Of a stretch of DNA of 64,000 bases, positions 9,612 to 19,211 are shown in pieces. Within the stretch, counting starts at the first letter, position 1. Each line of letters opens with the position of its first letter. The position numbers and the translations under genes are program-made. This DNA is from Planctomycetota bacterium (GTDB lineage Bacteria; Planctomycetota; UBA1135; UBA2386). The DNA is taken from positions 1,696,001-1,760,000 of the forward strand of contig JBKAGP010000001.1 of assembly GCA_046290465.1 (NCBI GenBank), read 5' to 3'. Below the pieces are notes generated by a model, which was given only the letters and a program-made list of their open reading frames with translations, was not told where the DNA came from and ran no database searches.

Positions 9612-10331
9612 ATGACCAAGCCCCTCGACGCCATCTTCTTCGACATCGACGACACGCTGTTCTCGACGACCGTGTTCGCCGACAAGGCGCGTCGCAACGC
9701 CGTCGACGCGATGATCCGCGCCGGTCTGCAGGCCGACCGCAAGGACGCGATGCGCGAGTTGGAGGACGTGATCGCCGAGTTCTCGAGCAACTACGGCGGC
9801 CACTTCGACAAGGTGCTGGATCGCCTCGGCAAGGAGTCGCACGAGGGCCACAACCGGGCCGTCATCGTGGCCGCCGGCGTGGTCGCCTACCACGGCACCA
9901 AGGAGAGCGAGCTGAAGGTCTACGACGACGTCTACGCGACGCTGAAGTGGCTCGCCGACAAGCCAATCGTGCGCGGCATCATCTCGGCCGGCATCACGAT
10001 CAAGCAGGCCGAGAAGCTCGTGCGCCTCGACGTGCTCGAGTTCGTCACGCCGTCGGCGATCTTCTTCACCGACCAGGTCGGCTTCAGCAAGCCCAACCAC
10101 AAGCTCTACAAGCGCGCGCTGCAGCCGTTCGGGCTCGACCCGTCGCGCTGCATCTACGTCGGCGACAACCCGACGCACGACATCGATCCCTGCAACGAGC
10201 TCGGCTGGACCACCGTGCGCATCCGCCGCAGCGGCCGCTACGCGCACGTCGACGGCCAGACCGAGGCCGACCACGAGATCCGCGACTTCCTCGAACTGCG
10301 CCGCCTGCTCGAGACCGAGTACGGGCTGTAG
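9612..10331 (+). CDS. HAD-superfamily hydrolase, subfamily IA (resembles archaeal TIGR02253-type) (239 aa)
   Basis: ATG 9612; motif I FFDIDDTL, motif III SKP, motif IV YVGDNPTHDI; cap segment AGVVAYHGTK. Confidence 0.85.
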   Translation: MTKPLDAIFFDIDDTLFSTTVFADKARRNAVDAMIRAGLQADRKDAMRELEDVIAEFSSNYGGHFDKVLDRLGKESHEGHNRAVIVAAGVVAYHGTKESELKVYDDVYATLKWLADKPIVRGIISAGITIKQAEKLVRLDVLEFVTPSAIFFTDQVGFSKPNHKLYKRALQPFGLDPSRCIYVGDNPTHDIDPCNELGWTTVRIRRSGRYAHVDGQTEADHEIRDFLELRRLLETEYGL

Positions 10332-10346
10332 CGGCCGATCGGTCTC

Positions 10347-10406
10347 GGTGACCAGGAGCAGGGTGGCCAGGCGCACGGTGGCCTGGCGCACGGTGGCCAG
10401 GCTGCG
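10347..10406. repeat. 15-nt tandem repeat x4 (consensus ggtggccaggcgcac)
   Basis: Units ggtgaccaggagcag, ggtggccaggcgcac, ggtggcctggcgcac, ggtggccaggctgcg between convergent genes. Confidence 0.8.
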
Positions 10407-10429
10407 ACCAGCGCCCCGCGCCTACGCCC

Positions 10430-11521
10430 CTACTTGAGCTGCTCCCAGAAGTCCTCGGGCATGTCGTGCGCGATCTTCAGCGCGCCGTTGCTGCCGCCGT
10501 AGATCGGCTCCTCGATGCGGATCACCTTGCCGCCGCCGAGGTGCTCCTTCATCGCGTTCTCGACCGCGCTGTCGAGTCCCTTGACCATCGAACCGCCGCC
10601 GGCGAGCAGCACGCGGTCCTTCAGCCGGGCCTGGAACTCCGGGTCGAACGTCGAGACCAGCTTCTTGATGCCCTCGAGGATCGGCTCGATCAGGATCGAG
10701 CAGGCCTTCTGCAGCTGGTCGGTCAGGTCGAACTGGGTCGGCTTGCCGTCGACCGGCAGCTCGACCTTGACGCGCTCGGGGGCGTCTCCGACGAAGCCGT
10801 AGCGCTCCTTGATCTGCTTGATCATCTGCACCGTGAACTGCGCGCCCGGGCAGCTCGCTTCGATCTGCCTCGCCAGCTCGGCATCGACCGCGTCGCCGGC
10901 GATGTCGAACATCACCTGGTCGGTCTCCTCCGGCATCGTGCCGTGCATGCGGCAGAGGTCGGTGGTGCCTGCGCCGATGTCGATGACCAGCACGTCCTCG
11001 AGCCAGTCGAGGCCGTAGGCGACCGCGAACGGCTCCGAGCACAGCATCACCGAGTCGACCGTCTCGCGAGCGGCTTCGATGATCGCCTCGCGGTTCTTCA
11101 TCGAGGCTTCGGCCGGCGCGCCGATCACGCAGTAGACCAGCTCGTCCGAGCGCGGCTTGGCCAGCCGGATGGCTTCGGCGATCAGGTCACGCGCGGCCTT
11201 CATGTTGGCCTTGGACTCCTCGTCGGCGTCGGCGCCGCTCTTGATGACGCCCTTCTCGAGCGGCTTGTAGAGCTTCAGCGACATGCGCTTCTCGATCGCT
11301 TCCTTGCCGAACAGCACGTCCTTCTTGAGGAGCTTCTTGGCGACGACGTCCTTCGGGTAGCCGACGGTCGAGAAGACCGTCTCGCGGACGCCGTTGCTCG
11401 CCGACACCGAAGTGCGCGACGTGCCGAGGTCCATCCCGATGTAGAGCACGCCGTGGTCCTTGTTGGCGTCGTCGCCGCCCTGACCGGCCGCGTTCGTATC
11501 CGTGTCGTTCGTATCCGTCAT
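10430..11521 (-). CDS. mamK: MamK-family actin-like ATPase (363 aa)
   Basis: Actin motifs IGMDLGTSRT, SEPFAVAYGL, IDIGAGTTD, LAGGGS; MamK-like segments VGYPKDV, P..DQV, GKP, C-terminal MPEDFWEQL; GGAGG RBS. Confidence 0.85.
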   Translation of the reverse strand: MTDTNDTDTNAAGQGGDDANKDHGVLYIGMDLGTSRTSVSASNGVRETVFSTVGYPKDVVAKKLLKKDVLFGKEAIEKRMSLKLYKPLEKGVIKSGADADEESKANMKAARDLIAEAIRLAKPRSDELVYCVIGAPAEASMKNREAIIEAARETVDSVMLCSEPFAVAYGLDWLEDVLVIDIGAGTTDLCRMHGTMPEETDQVMFDIAGDAVDAELARQIEASCPGAQFTVQMIKQIKERYGFVGDAPERVKVELPVDGKPTQFDLTDQLQKACSILIEPILEGIKKLVSTFDPEFQARLKDRVLLAGGGSMVKGLDSAVENAMKEHLGGGKVIRIEEPIYGGSNGALKIAHDMPEDFWEQLK

Positions 11522-11548
11522 GAGTTCCTAACCTCCAACTGGCGGACC

Positions 11549-12343
11549 TCAGGCGCCCTTGCTGCGCTTCTGCAGCTTCAGGTTGGCCTTGAAGATGTCC
11601 GCCATCAGTTCTTTCTTCTTGCCGGCCTGCGTGTCGGATTCGTCGAGGCCCTGGACCTCACGATAGATCGACGAGATCCCGGACTCGACATCCTTCATCG
11701 CCGAGACCTTCGCGAGCCGCTGCTCGGTCGACGCCAGCGTATCGTTGAGCTTCTTGATGCGCCGCTGCAGGTTGCCGACCTCGCGGTCCTGCAGCGCCTT
11801 GCGCGCGGTCTCGGCGGTCTTGCGCTCACCGCCGACGACGTCCATCACCAGCGCCATCAGCCGCTCTTCGACGGTGCCCATGTCGGCCTCGCCGCCGCCG
11901 GCCAGCGAACGCACGACCTCGGCGACCTTGGTCGCGATCTCGGCGTTCTCGCCCTGGTAGCGGGTCGCCAGCTCGACCGCGTCCTGCTCGAGCTTGAGCT
12001 TCAGCGCGCCCTGCTTCTGCGCCAGTTCGCGGCGCATCAGGTCGATCTCCTCCTCGGCGCGCTCACGCGCCCGCTCGACCTCGGACTTCTCGCGCTGCAG
12101 GTCCTCGTTGCTGCGCAGCAGGCGCAGGAACTCGGCCTTGGTCGACTCCGCGACCGCCTCGCGCTCGATGCCGACCAGCCGCGACTTGAGGCTGCGGTGC
12201 ACCGCCGCCTCGATCAGCGCGATGATGCGATCGATGCCGAGCACGTTGACGTTCTGGACGCCCTTCTTCTTGAGCTTGTCCAGCGACGTGCGGAACGACA
12301 TCTGCCGCACCGCGTCCTTCAGCGTCTCCTTGAACCCGGCCAC
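11549..12343 (-). CDS. Coiled-coil protein of unknown function (264 aa)
   Basis: GTG start 3 nt after upstream stop; long E/K/R/L heptad-like runs; no TM segment or signal peptide. Confidence 0.75.
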   Translation of the reverse strand: MAGFKETLKDAVRQMSFRTSLDKLKKKGVQNVNVLGIDRIIALIEAAVHRSLKSRLVGIEREAVAESTKAEFLRLLRSNEDLQREKSEVERARERAEEEIDLMRRELAQKQGALKLKLEQDAVELATRYQGENAEIATKVAEVVRSLAGGGEADMGTVEERLMALVMDVVGGERKTAETARKALQDREVGNLQRRIKKLNDTLASTEQRLAKVSAMKDVESGISSIYREVQGLDESDTQAGKKKELMADIFKANLKLQKRSKGA

Positions 12344-12346
12344 GCG

Positions 12347-13117
12347 CTACTCCGCCTCCTCCGGGATCGGGTCGTAGGCCAGCCGCCGGTCGCTGTCCGG
12401 GTCCTGGCCGCGCACCTCGGTGACGAACGTGCCGAGCACGTTGCCGCCCATGTCGCTGAGCACCTGCCACGCGTCGCGCGACTGCTTCTTCAGCGAGTGC
12501 TCGAGCCGCACCACCAGCAGCGTGCCGTCGGCCGCCGACGACAGCACGCCGGCGTCGGTCGACGGCAGCACCGGCGGCGTGTCGATGACGACGTACTGGA
12601 ACCGTTCCTTCAGCCGCTGCAGCAGCTGATCGAGGCGCGACGAGCTGAGCACCTCGGCCGGATTCTCGACGCGCGAACCGGCCCCCAGCAACATCAGGTT
12701 GCGGTAGCCCGCGGGGCGCAGCAGCTTGTCGACCGGCGCGTGGCCGAGCAGCACGTCGGTCAGGCCGGCCTCGTGGTTGAGGTTGAGGTAGCGCTCGCAG
12801 CTCGGCCGCCGCAGGTCCGCGTCGACCAGCACGACCTCCTGCCGCTCGAGTTCGGCGAACGCCATCGCGAGGTTCAGCGCCGACACCGTCTTGCCCTCGC
12901 CGCGCACCGCCGAGGTCACCACCAGCGTCTTCGGCTCGCCGTCCGGGTTCATCGCCACCAGGCGGTTGCGCAGCCCGCGCACCTGCTCGGCGCGGAAGCC
13001 CGCAGGCTCGTGGAACAGCACCAGGTACGGGTTCACCGACTGGTCGACGACGACGACCATGTCGTCCTCCCCGAGCTCGGGATCACCTGGTTGGGTTGGC
13101 TTCTTGCGACGGAACAT
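12347..13117 (-). CDS. CpsD/CapB-like (BY-kinase/MinD-ParA superfamily) P-loop protein, soluble (256 aa)
   Basis: EQVRGLRNRL (ExxRxxR), Walker A SAVRGEGKT, A' VLVDADLRRP, Walker B VVIDTPPVL; no Tyr-rich tail. Confidence 0.85.
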   Translation of the reverse strand: MFRRKKPTQPGDPELGEDDMVVVVDQSVNPYLVLFHEPAGFRAEQVRGLRNRLVAMNPDGEPKTLVVTSAVRGEGKTVSALNLAMAFAELERQEVVLVDADLRRPSCERYLNLNHEAGLTDVLLGHAPVDKLLRPAGYRNLMLLGAGSRVENPAEVLSSSRLDQLLQRLKERFQYVVIDTPPVLPSTDAGVLSSAADGTLLVVRLEHSLKKQSRDAWQVLSDMGGNVLGTFVTEVRGQDPDSDRRLAYDPIPEEAE

Positions 13118-13325
13118 GCAGACGGACGCGGCTGTAGCCGCTCATCGGGTTTTCGGAATCCGTGCGGGTCGCACTTGTTCCGGACTGGATGCGATTGGCG
13201 GATACGAGACGCCCGCACGGGCGGGCAGCCGCTGTGGGCGCCGGCAAGCCGCCATGCGAACGGCAACTCGTGACGTGGTGCGCGCCCACGGCTTTGCAGT
13301 GTATAGCGATTTGGAATCGCGGGGA

Positions 13326-13922
13326 CTACGGACAAACGCGTCCGGAAAAACCGGGGCCCGAGAATGCTCCGGTGCCATCGAGGTCGAACGTCAGCCAGCC
13401 GAACCGGAACCGGTAGGCCTCGACCGCGCCACTGGCGCCGAGCGTCGCCGTGACCTCGCCGCCGCCCAGCGCCGGGCAGAGCCGCACCTCGGTACGGCCG
13501 CCATCGGCCGCGCGCTCGGCCAGCACGCGCGCCGACGTCGGCGGCACGGCCAGTTCGGCCAGGATGCCGGCGAGCACCAGCGCCAGGTGCGGCTCGGCGT
13601 CGGCCAGCGGCGGCGGCGCCCGGTAGTCGCCGTCCGGCGTGCTCGCCGCAAGGCCGCCCTGCCGTGCCGTGACGTCGAGCACCTTGCCACCGATGTCCGG
13701 AAACAGCTGCACGCGCAGCACCCCGTCGGACCGGTCCCAGACGCCGTCGAACACGCCGGCGAGCTGGTCGGACTCGAGTTCGAGCACGAACGTGCCGCCG
13801 AGCTGGCCGGCGAGCGGCATCGGCGCGACGCGCTGCAGCGTGCTCGCGGTCGGCGGCCCGAACGAACGGCACCCGGCGACCACGAGCAGCGCCAGCAACA
13901 GCGACCGCGAGCGCCTCGTCAT
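13326..13922 (-). CDS. Hypothetical lipoprotein of the PKS-like cluster (198 aa)
   Basis: ATG overlaps the MMPL stop (ATGA); lipobox VAGC; beta-rich body. Confidence 0.65.
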   Translation of the reverse strand: MTRRSRSLLLALLVVAGCRSFGPPTASTLQRVAPMPLAGQLGGTFVLELESDQLAGVFDGVWDRSDGVLRVQLFPDIGGKVLDVTARQGGLAASTPDGDYRAPPPLADAEPHLALVLAGILAELAVPPTSARVLAERAADGGRTEVRLCPALGGGEVTATLGASGAVEAYRFRFGWLTFDLDGTGAFSGPGFSGRVCP

Positions 13923-16276
13923 CCGGCCCTCCGCGTGCGCGCCAGCAGCGGCGCCAGGACGAACAGGCAGCTCAGCATGCACGCCATCGAGCCGAACGCC
14001 ACCACGCCGCCGAGCAGCTGCAGGCCGGGCGTAGCCGCCAGCAGCAGCGACGAGAATCCGAGCACCGTGCCGACGCTGGTGCGCACGATGCCGACCCCGG
14101 TCGCGCCGGTGTCGGTCGCACCGTGGCGGTAGTGGCCGACCAGGTGCACGCCCTCGTCGACCCCGATGCCGAGCACGAACGGCACCGACACGAAGCTGAT
14201 CATCGACAGCGGCACGTCGAACAGCCGCAGCAGCACCAGCGTCACCACCAGCCCGAGCACGCTCGGCACCAGCGCCAGCAGGCCGTGTCGCAGCGAGCGC
14301 AGCCACCAGGTGACCATGCCGACCGCGAGCAGCGCGGCGATCCAGCACGCCCGCTGCAGGTCGCGCACCAGCATCTCCTCGAGCGCCGCGGTCAGCGTCG
14401 GCCCGCCGTGCAGCACGACGTCGTCGCCGGCGACCTCGCGCAGCTGCTGCTGCAGGTCGAAGAACGCCTCCCGATCCTGGCGCTGCGCCGGCCACAGCGT
14501 CACCGCGCGGTGCGGCCGTCCTTCGAACGTGACAACCTTGCCGGCGGCGGGCGCGTCGCCGTCGTTCGCCAGCCGCCGCTGCAGGTCCGCCAGCGCTGGC
14601 CGGAACGCGGCCGCCTGCAGCCCCTCCCGGTCCAGCGCGGCCTCGGCCCGGCCGACGAAGCCGTCGAGATCGGCCCGGCACGCCTGCACCGCCGCGCGGC
14701 CGGCGGCGGTGTCGCGACGATCGAGGCCGGTCCAGAAGCGCAGCTGCTGCCGTTCGCGCAGCCCGACCAGCGCGGCGTGCAGCGGCGACGCGTCGACCTG
14801 CTCGGGCCACAGCGCCAACACCGGCACGGTCGAGAAGCCGACGCGCTGCTCGATCGTGCGCCGCGCCGCCGACACCGGGTCGCCCTTCGGCCGCACCGCT
14901 TCGGCTTCGGCCGACAGCTCGATGCCGGCGACCAGCAGGTAGCCGACGCCGGCGAGCGCCAGCGCGATGGCCGCCCACGCCGAAAGCGGCGCCGCCCGGT
15001 GCAGCAGCCAGCGATCGGCGGCCGCGGCCAGCGCGCTGCGCTCCGGATCGGGACGGTCGCCGGCCCAGCGCAGCAGCACCGGCAGGGCGAAGATCGTGAA
15101 CAGCACGCTGCCGACGAGGCCGAGCGCCAGCAGCAGGCCGAACGCGCGCAGGCCGCCCTCGGTGCCGGCTCCGATCGCCAGGAACGTCACCGCCGTCGTC
15201 ATCATGTCGATCAGCAGTTCGGGCACCGTGGTGCGCTGCACCTCGCGCACCGCGTCGTCGTGCGCCAGCTCGAGCCGCGCGCGCCGGTAGCGGGCCGCGT
15301 AGTGGATCGCGAAGTCGACCCCGAGGCCGCACAGCACCGCGACCGCAGCGACCGCCACCGTCGGCAGCGCGCCGAAGCAGACCGCGCCGAACGGGATCGC
15401 CCACAGGATCGACAGCATCGCCGGCAGCTGCACCAGCAGCGGCAGGCGCACGCCGCGCATCACCCAGCACAGGTAGAGCGCGATCGCCAGCACCGACCAG
15501 GTGCTGGCGCGTTCGAAGTCGGCCTTGATGCGACGCTGGTCGGCACGCGCGATCGCGTAGCCGCCGAACACGTCGGCCTCGACGTCGAGCGCCTGCAGTT
15601 CGCGGTCGACGAACGCACACAGCTCGGTCGCGAAGTCGGCGTCGTAGGCGTCCCGGGTGCCGCGCAGCTGCAGCAGCGCGCGGGTGCCCTGCTCGAGCAG
15701 CAGCAGGTCCGTGCCCTCGTCGAAGCCGAGCGCCGCGAGCGGATCGGCGTCGGCCAGCACGAAGCGCAGCCCCAGCGGATCCCGCAGCGCCAGCTCGCGC
15801 GCCGCGAGCGGGTCGTCGGCGAGGTCGAACGCGAGCTCCGTGGCCGCCTCCTGCAGCCCTTCCGCCGACAGCCGCGCCGACAGCCGCGCCAGCTGGTCGT
15901 CGTCGAGCTGCCACAGCGGCGCCCGTTCGAAGTGCGCGCGCTGCTCGGCGAACAGCTCACCGCGAGTGCTGGCGACCGCGTCGATCTGCGCGGACGCGCG
16001 CAGCCGTTCGGCGAGTCGGCCGACCTTGTCGGCCAACCCGTCGCCGCGCAGCAGCAGCCACATCACGCGCGCCGGCCGCGAACGGTCGTCGAGCAGCTGC
16101 GCGATGCGCACGTGCGGGTGGTCCGACGGCAGCACCCGCGAGATGTCGGGCTCGAAGCGCACCAGCGGCCAGGCCAGCAGCGCCAGGATCGTGACGACCA
16201 GCGCCGCCGAGATCGTCATGCGCGGCCGCCGCAGCGGCAGCGTGACGACCGTCTCGAACCAGCGCGGCGCACTCAC
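13919..16276 (-). CDS. MMPL/RND family lipid exporter (785 aa)
   Basis: GTG at 16276 overlapping the ligase stop; two TM bundles with GLGVDFAIH and GIGVDEGVH motifs. Confidence 0.88.
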   Translation of the reverse strand: MSAPRWFETVVTLPLRRPRMTISAALVVTILALLAWPLVRFEPDISRVLPSDHPHVRIAQLLDDRSRPARVMWLLLRGDGLADKVGRLAERLRASAQIDAVASTRGELFAEQRAHFERAPLWQLDDDQLARLSARLSAEGLQEAATELAFDLADDPLAARELALRDPLGLRFVLADADPLAALGFDEGTDLLLLEQGTRALLQLRGTRDAYDADFATELCAFVDRELQALDVEADVFGGYAIARADQRRIKADFERASTWSVLAIALYLCWVMRGVRLPLLVQLPAMLSILWAIPFGAVCFGALPTVAVAAVAVLCGLGVDFAIHYAARYRRARLELAHDDAVREVQRTTVPELLIDMMTTAVTFLAIGAGTEGGLRAFGLLLALGLVGSVLFTIFALPVLLRWAGDRPDPERSALAAAADRWLLHRAAPLSAWAAIALALAGVGYLLVAGIELSAEAEAVRPKGDPVSAARRTIEQRVGFSTVPVLALWPEQVDASPLHAALVGLRERQQLRFWTGLDRRDTAAGRAAVQACRADLDGFVGRAEAALDREGLQAAAFRPALADLQRRLANDGDAPAAGKVVTFEGRPHRAVTLWPAQRQDREAFFDLQQQLREVAGDDVVLHGGPTLTAALEEMLVRDLQRACWIAALLAVGMVTWWLRSLRHGLLALVPSVLGLVVTLVLLRLFDVPLSMISFVSVPFVLGIGVDEGVHLVGHYRHGATDTGATGVGIVRTSVGTVLGFSSLLLAATPGLQLLGGVVAFGSMACMLSCLFVLAPLLARTRRAG

Positions 16277-17613
16277 GCGTCGTCTCTCTGCAGCAGCCGT
16301 TCGAGCTGTTCGCGGACCAGCTTGCCGCGCTCGCTGCGCGGCAGCGATGGCACCACCGTGATCCGTCGCGGCACCTTGGCCGCCGGCAGCACCTCGGCGC
16401 AGTGGCGCCGCACGCGTTCGGCGCAGGCGTCGTCCGATGCGACGATCGCGGCGCACGCCGCGCGCCCCTGCTCGTCGCGCCACGGCAGCACCGCGACGTC
16501 CTGCACGTCGTCGAGCTGCGCGATGATGCGTTCGACCTCGCGCGGGTCGACCTTGTGCCCGCCGACGTCGAACACGTCGCCGGCGCGGCCCTGCAGCACC
16601 AGCTCGCCGTCGACGAACGCCCCGAGGTCGGGCGCGACGAAGCGGCCGCCGGCCGGGTTGCCGCAGCCGGACAGCGCGGTGCCGACCGCCGGCGAGGTCA
16701 CCACCACGCGGCCGTCGTCGTCGATCGTCACGTCGACGCCGTCGACCGGCCTGCCGACCGTGCCGCGCTCGGCCGCCTCGCCGGTGCGGTCGTAGCTGAT
16801 GCCGCCGCTCTCGGTCGAGCCGTAGAACGTATGCACCGGCAGGGTGAAGCGCCGCCGGAACGCGGCCGCGACGTCGCGCTGCAGCACCGCCCCCGCCGAC
16901 AGCACCAGCCGCAGGCTGTCGGGCAGCGCGGGCGCGCCGCTGCACAGCGCGCGCAGCAGCGCCGGCACCGCCGGCAGCACCGTGGGTGCCGCCGCGCGCA
17001 TCGCGCCGAGCAGGCCGAGCGGGCCGCTGCCCGGCAGCACCAGTTCGCGGCCCCGGCAGAGCGCCGGCACCAGCAGGTTGCCGACGCCGTAGCTGAACGA
17101 CATCGGCACCGCGGCCAGCACCCGGTCGCCGTCGCCGATGCCCATGGTCCCTTCCAGCGCCGCGCCGTCCGCCAGCAGCTCGGCATCGCCGACCGCGACC
17201 GCGTTGGGTTCGCCGGTCGACCCCGACGTCAACTTGATCGCGCGGTGCTGCCCGGCCGGCGCGCGGCCCTCGCACGGCAGCACGCGCGGTGCCGGCGCAT
17301 CGACGACGATCGCACGCAGCCCGAATCGCGCCGCCAGGTCCAACCGCGGCGCCCGCGGATCGGCCGCGTCGAACAGCATCGCCGCGTCGCCGCGCCGGAC
17401 GCAGGCCAGGAACGCCCCGAGGAACGCGAAGCCGTCCCGCACGCACAGCCCGACCCTCGAGCCCACCGGCGTGCCTGCCAGCAGCTGCTCGAAGAGGCCG
17501 GCGCTTGCATCCAGGTCGGCCCGGCAGCGAATCCCGTCGGGCGTCCATGCGACCGTGGCCGTCGGGTCGGCTTCGAGCAGCGCGGCAAAGGCATCACGGA
17601 CCGTCAACGGCAT
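16273..17613 (-). CDS. AMP-dependent acyl-CoA/acyl-ACP ligase (446 aa)
   Basis: ATG 17613; LTSGSTGEP, FYGSTESG, GRAGDVFDVGGHKVDPREVE, LPRSERGKL. Confidence 0.88.
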   Translation of the reverse strand: MPLTVRDAFAALLEADPTATVAWTPDGIRCRADLDASAGLFEQLLAGTPVGSRVGLCVRDGFAFLGAFLACVRRGDAAMLFDAADPRAPRLDLAARFGLRAIVVDAPAPRVLPCEGRAPAGQHRAIKLTSGSTGEPNAVAVGDAELLADGAALEGTMGIGDGDRVLAAVPMSFSYGVGNLLVPALCRGRELVLPGSGPLGLLGAMRAAAPTVLPAVPALLRALCSGAPALPDSLRLVLSAGAVLQRDVAAAFRRRFTLPVHTFYGSTESGGISYDRTGEAAERGTVGRPVDGVDVTIDDDGRVVVTSPAVGTALSGCGNPAGGRFVAPDLGAFVDGELVLQGRAGDVFDVGGHKVDPREVERIIAQLDDVQDVAVLPWRDEQGRAACAAIVASDDACAERVRRHCAEVLPAAKVPRRITVVPSLPRSERGKLVREQLERLLQRDDA

Positions 17614-17733
17614 GGAACGCCGAGCGAGACTACGGACTGCCCCCGAACCGGCAAGCCTGCATTGCCCCAGGGACGCCACAACCCGGCCAAACGCGGGACC
17701 TGACGCGTCCGCACCGCTACACTCCAGGCGCAC

Positions 17734-18021
17734 ATGACCAACCAGGTATCGGTCGACCAGCTCAAGGTGATGCTCGTCGACAAGCTCAACTTGAAGTCGG
17801 TGACCGCCGACCAGATCACCGACGATCACGCCCTGTTCGGCCCCGAGGGCCTCGGCCTCGACTCCGTCGACGCGCTCGAACTGGTGCTCGCGATCGAGTC
17901 CGAGTATGGCATCCAGATCCAGGACGAAGAGGTCGGCCGCGAGGCCTTCCACTCCGTGCAGGTGCTCTGCAACTTCATCAACCAACGCCTCGCCGCGGGC
18001 GACGCATCCGCCGGCGCGTGA
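17734..18021 (+). CDS. Acyl carrier protein (95 aa)
   Basis: GLGLDSVDALELV phosphopantetheine motif; acidic. Confidence 0.92.
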   Translation: MTNQVSVDQLKVMLVDKLNLKSVTADQITDDHALFGPEGLGLDSVDALELVLAIESEYGIQIQDEEVGREAFHSVQVLCNFINQRLAAGDASAGA

Positions 18022-19211
18022 ACGAGCAGGTCGTCGTCACCGGCGTCGGCTCCGTCAGCGGACTCGGCGCCACCGCGGAACAGCTGTGGCAGCGCGCGCT
18101 GCAGGGCCAGCGCGGCATGCGCGAACTCGACCTGTTCTCGACCGACAGCCATCGCACGCGGCTGGCGGTCCAGGTCGACGATGCGTCGCTGCCCGCGCGG
18201 TTCGCCCACCTGGCGCGGGCCGATCGCTTCGGCTGCACCGCGACCGCGGCGGCCGTCGCCGGCCTGCCCACCGAGGCGCTGCATTCGCCGCGCGCCGGCG
18301 TGTTCTTCGGCAGCAGCACCGGTGCCTTGTTCGAGGGCGAACGGTTCCTCAAGGAGCTGCTGGCCGAACGCGAGGGCGACCTGCACACGATCGTCGGCCT
18401 GCAGAACGACGGGCCCGGCAACGCGGTCGCGCACGAGTTTGCGGTGCGCGGCCCGGTGATGACGTTCTCGACCGCGTGCACGTCGGCCAACGTCGCGCTC
18501 GGCGCCGCACTCGACGCGCTGCGCTCGGGCGAGGTCGACGTCGCGATCGCCGGTGGCGCCGACGAACTGTGCGAGATCACCTACGCCGGCTTCAACAGCC
18601 TGCGCGCGATCGACGCCAGGCCGACGCGGCCGTTCCGCGCGGATCGCGCCGGCCTGTCGATGGGCGAGGGCTCGGGCGTGCTGCTGCTCGAGACCCGTAG
18701 CCATGCCGAGGCACGCGGCGCGACCGTGCTGGCCGAGCTGTGCGGCGCGGCGCGCTCCTGCGACGCGCAGCACGTCTCGGCGCCGGATCCCGAAGGCATC
18801 GGGGCCGCGACCGCGATCGAGACGGCGCTGCGCGAAGGCGGCTTGACCGCGGCGGACGTGACGTTCGTCAACGCGCACGGCACCGGCACGCCGCACAACG
18901 ACGTCTCCGAGAGCCACGCGATGCGCCGCGTGTTCGGCGAGCGCACGGCGCAGCTGCCGATCACGTCGACCAAGAGCATGGTCGGCCACCTGCTGGGTGC
19001 TGCCGGCGGCATCGAAGCGGTGCTGACCGTGCAGGCGATCGTGCACCGGCTGCTGCCGCCGACCGCCGGCGACGCGCCCGCCGACCCCGAGCTCTTTCTC
19101 GACGTGGTCGTCGACGAACCGCGGGCGCTGCCGACGCGCAACGTCGGCCTGTCCACCAACCTGGCGTTCGGCGGCAACAACGCCGTCGTGGTGCTGAGGA
19201 GCGTCTCGTGA
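18018..19211 (+). CDS. Beta-ketoacyl-ACP synthase (FabF/type II PKS KS) (397 aa)
   Basis: GTG overlapping the ACP stop; catalytic STACTS, NAHGTGT, KSMVGHLLGAAG; C-terminal NLAFGGNN. Confidence 0.92.
   Translation: MNEQVVVTGVGSVSGLGATAEQLWQRALQGQRGMRELDLFSTDSHRTRLAVQVDDASLPARFAHLARADRFGCTATAAAVAGLPTEALHSPRAGVFFGSSTGALFEGERFLKELLAEREGDLHTIVGLQNDGPGNAVAHEFAVRGPVMTFSTACTSANVALGAALDALRSGEVDVAIAGGADELCEITYAGFNSLRAIDARPTRPFRADRAGLSMGEGSGVLLLETRSHAEARGATVLAELCGAARSCDAQHVSAPDPEGIGAATAIETALREGGLTAADVTFVNAHGTGTPHNDVSESHAMRRVFGERTAQLPITSTKSMVGHLLGAAGGIEAVLTVQAIVHRLLPPTAGDAPADPELFLDVVVDEPRALPTRNVGLSTNLAFGGNNAVVVLRSVS

Noticed and set aside
10430..11521. Magnetosome gene island, or ordinary mreB
   Set aside because: No other mam/mad/mms genes are recognisable in the window, there is no mreC/mreD, and the motifs are MamK-type rather than MreB-type.
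12347..13117. Capsule/EPS biosynthesis locus
   Set aside because: No Wza, Wzx, Wzy, glycosyltransferase or chain-length regulator genes nearby.
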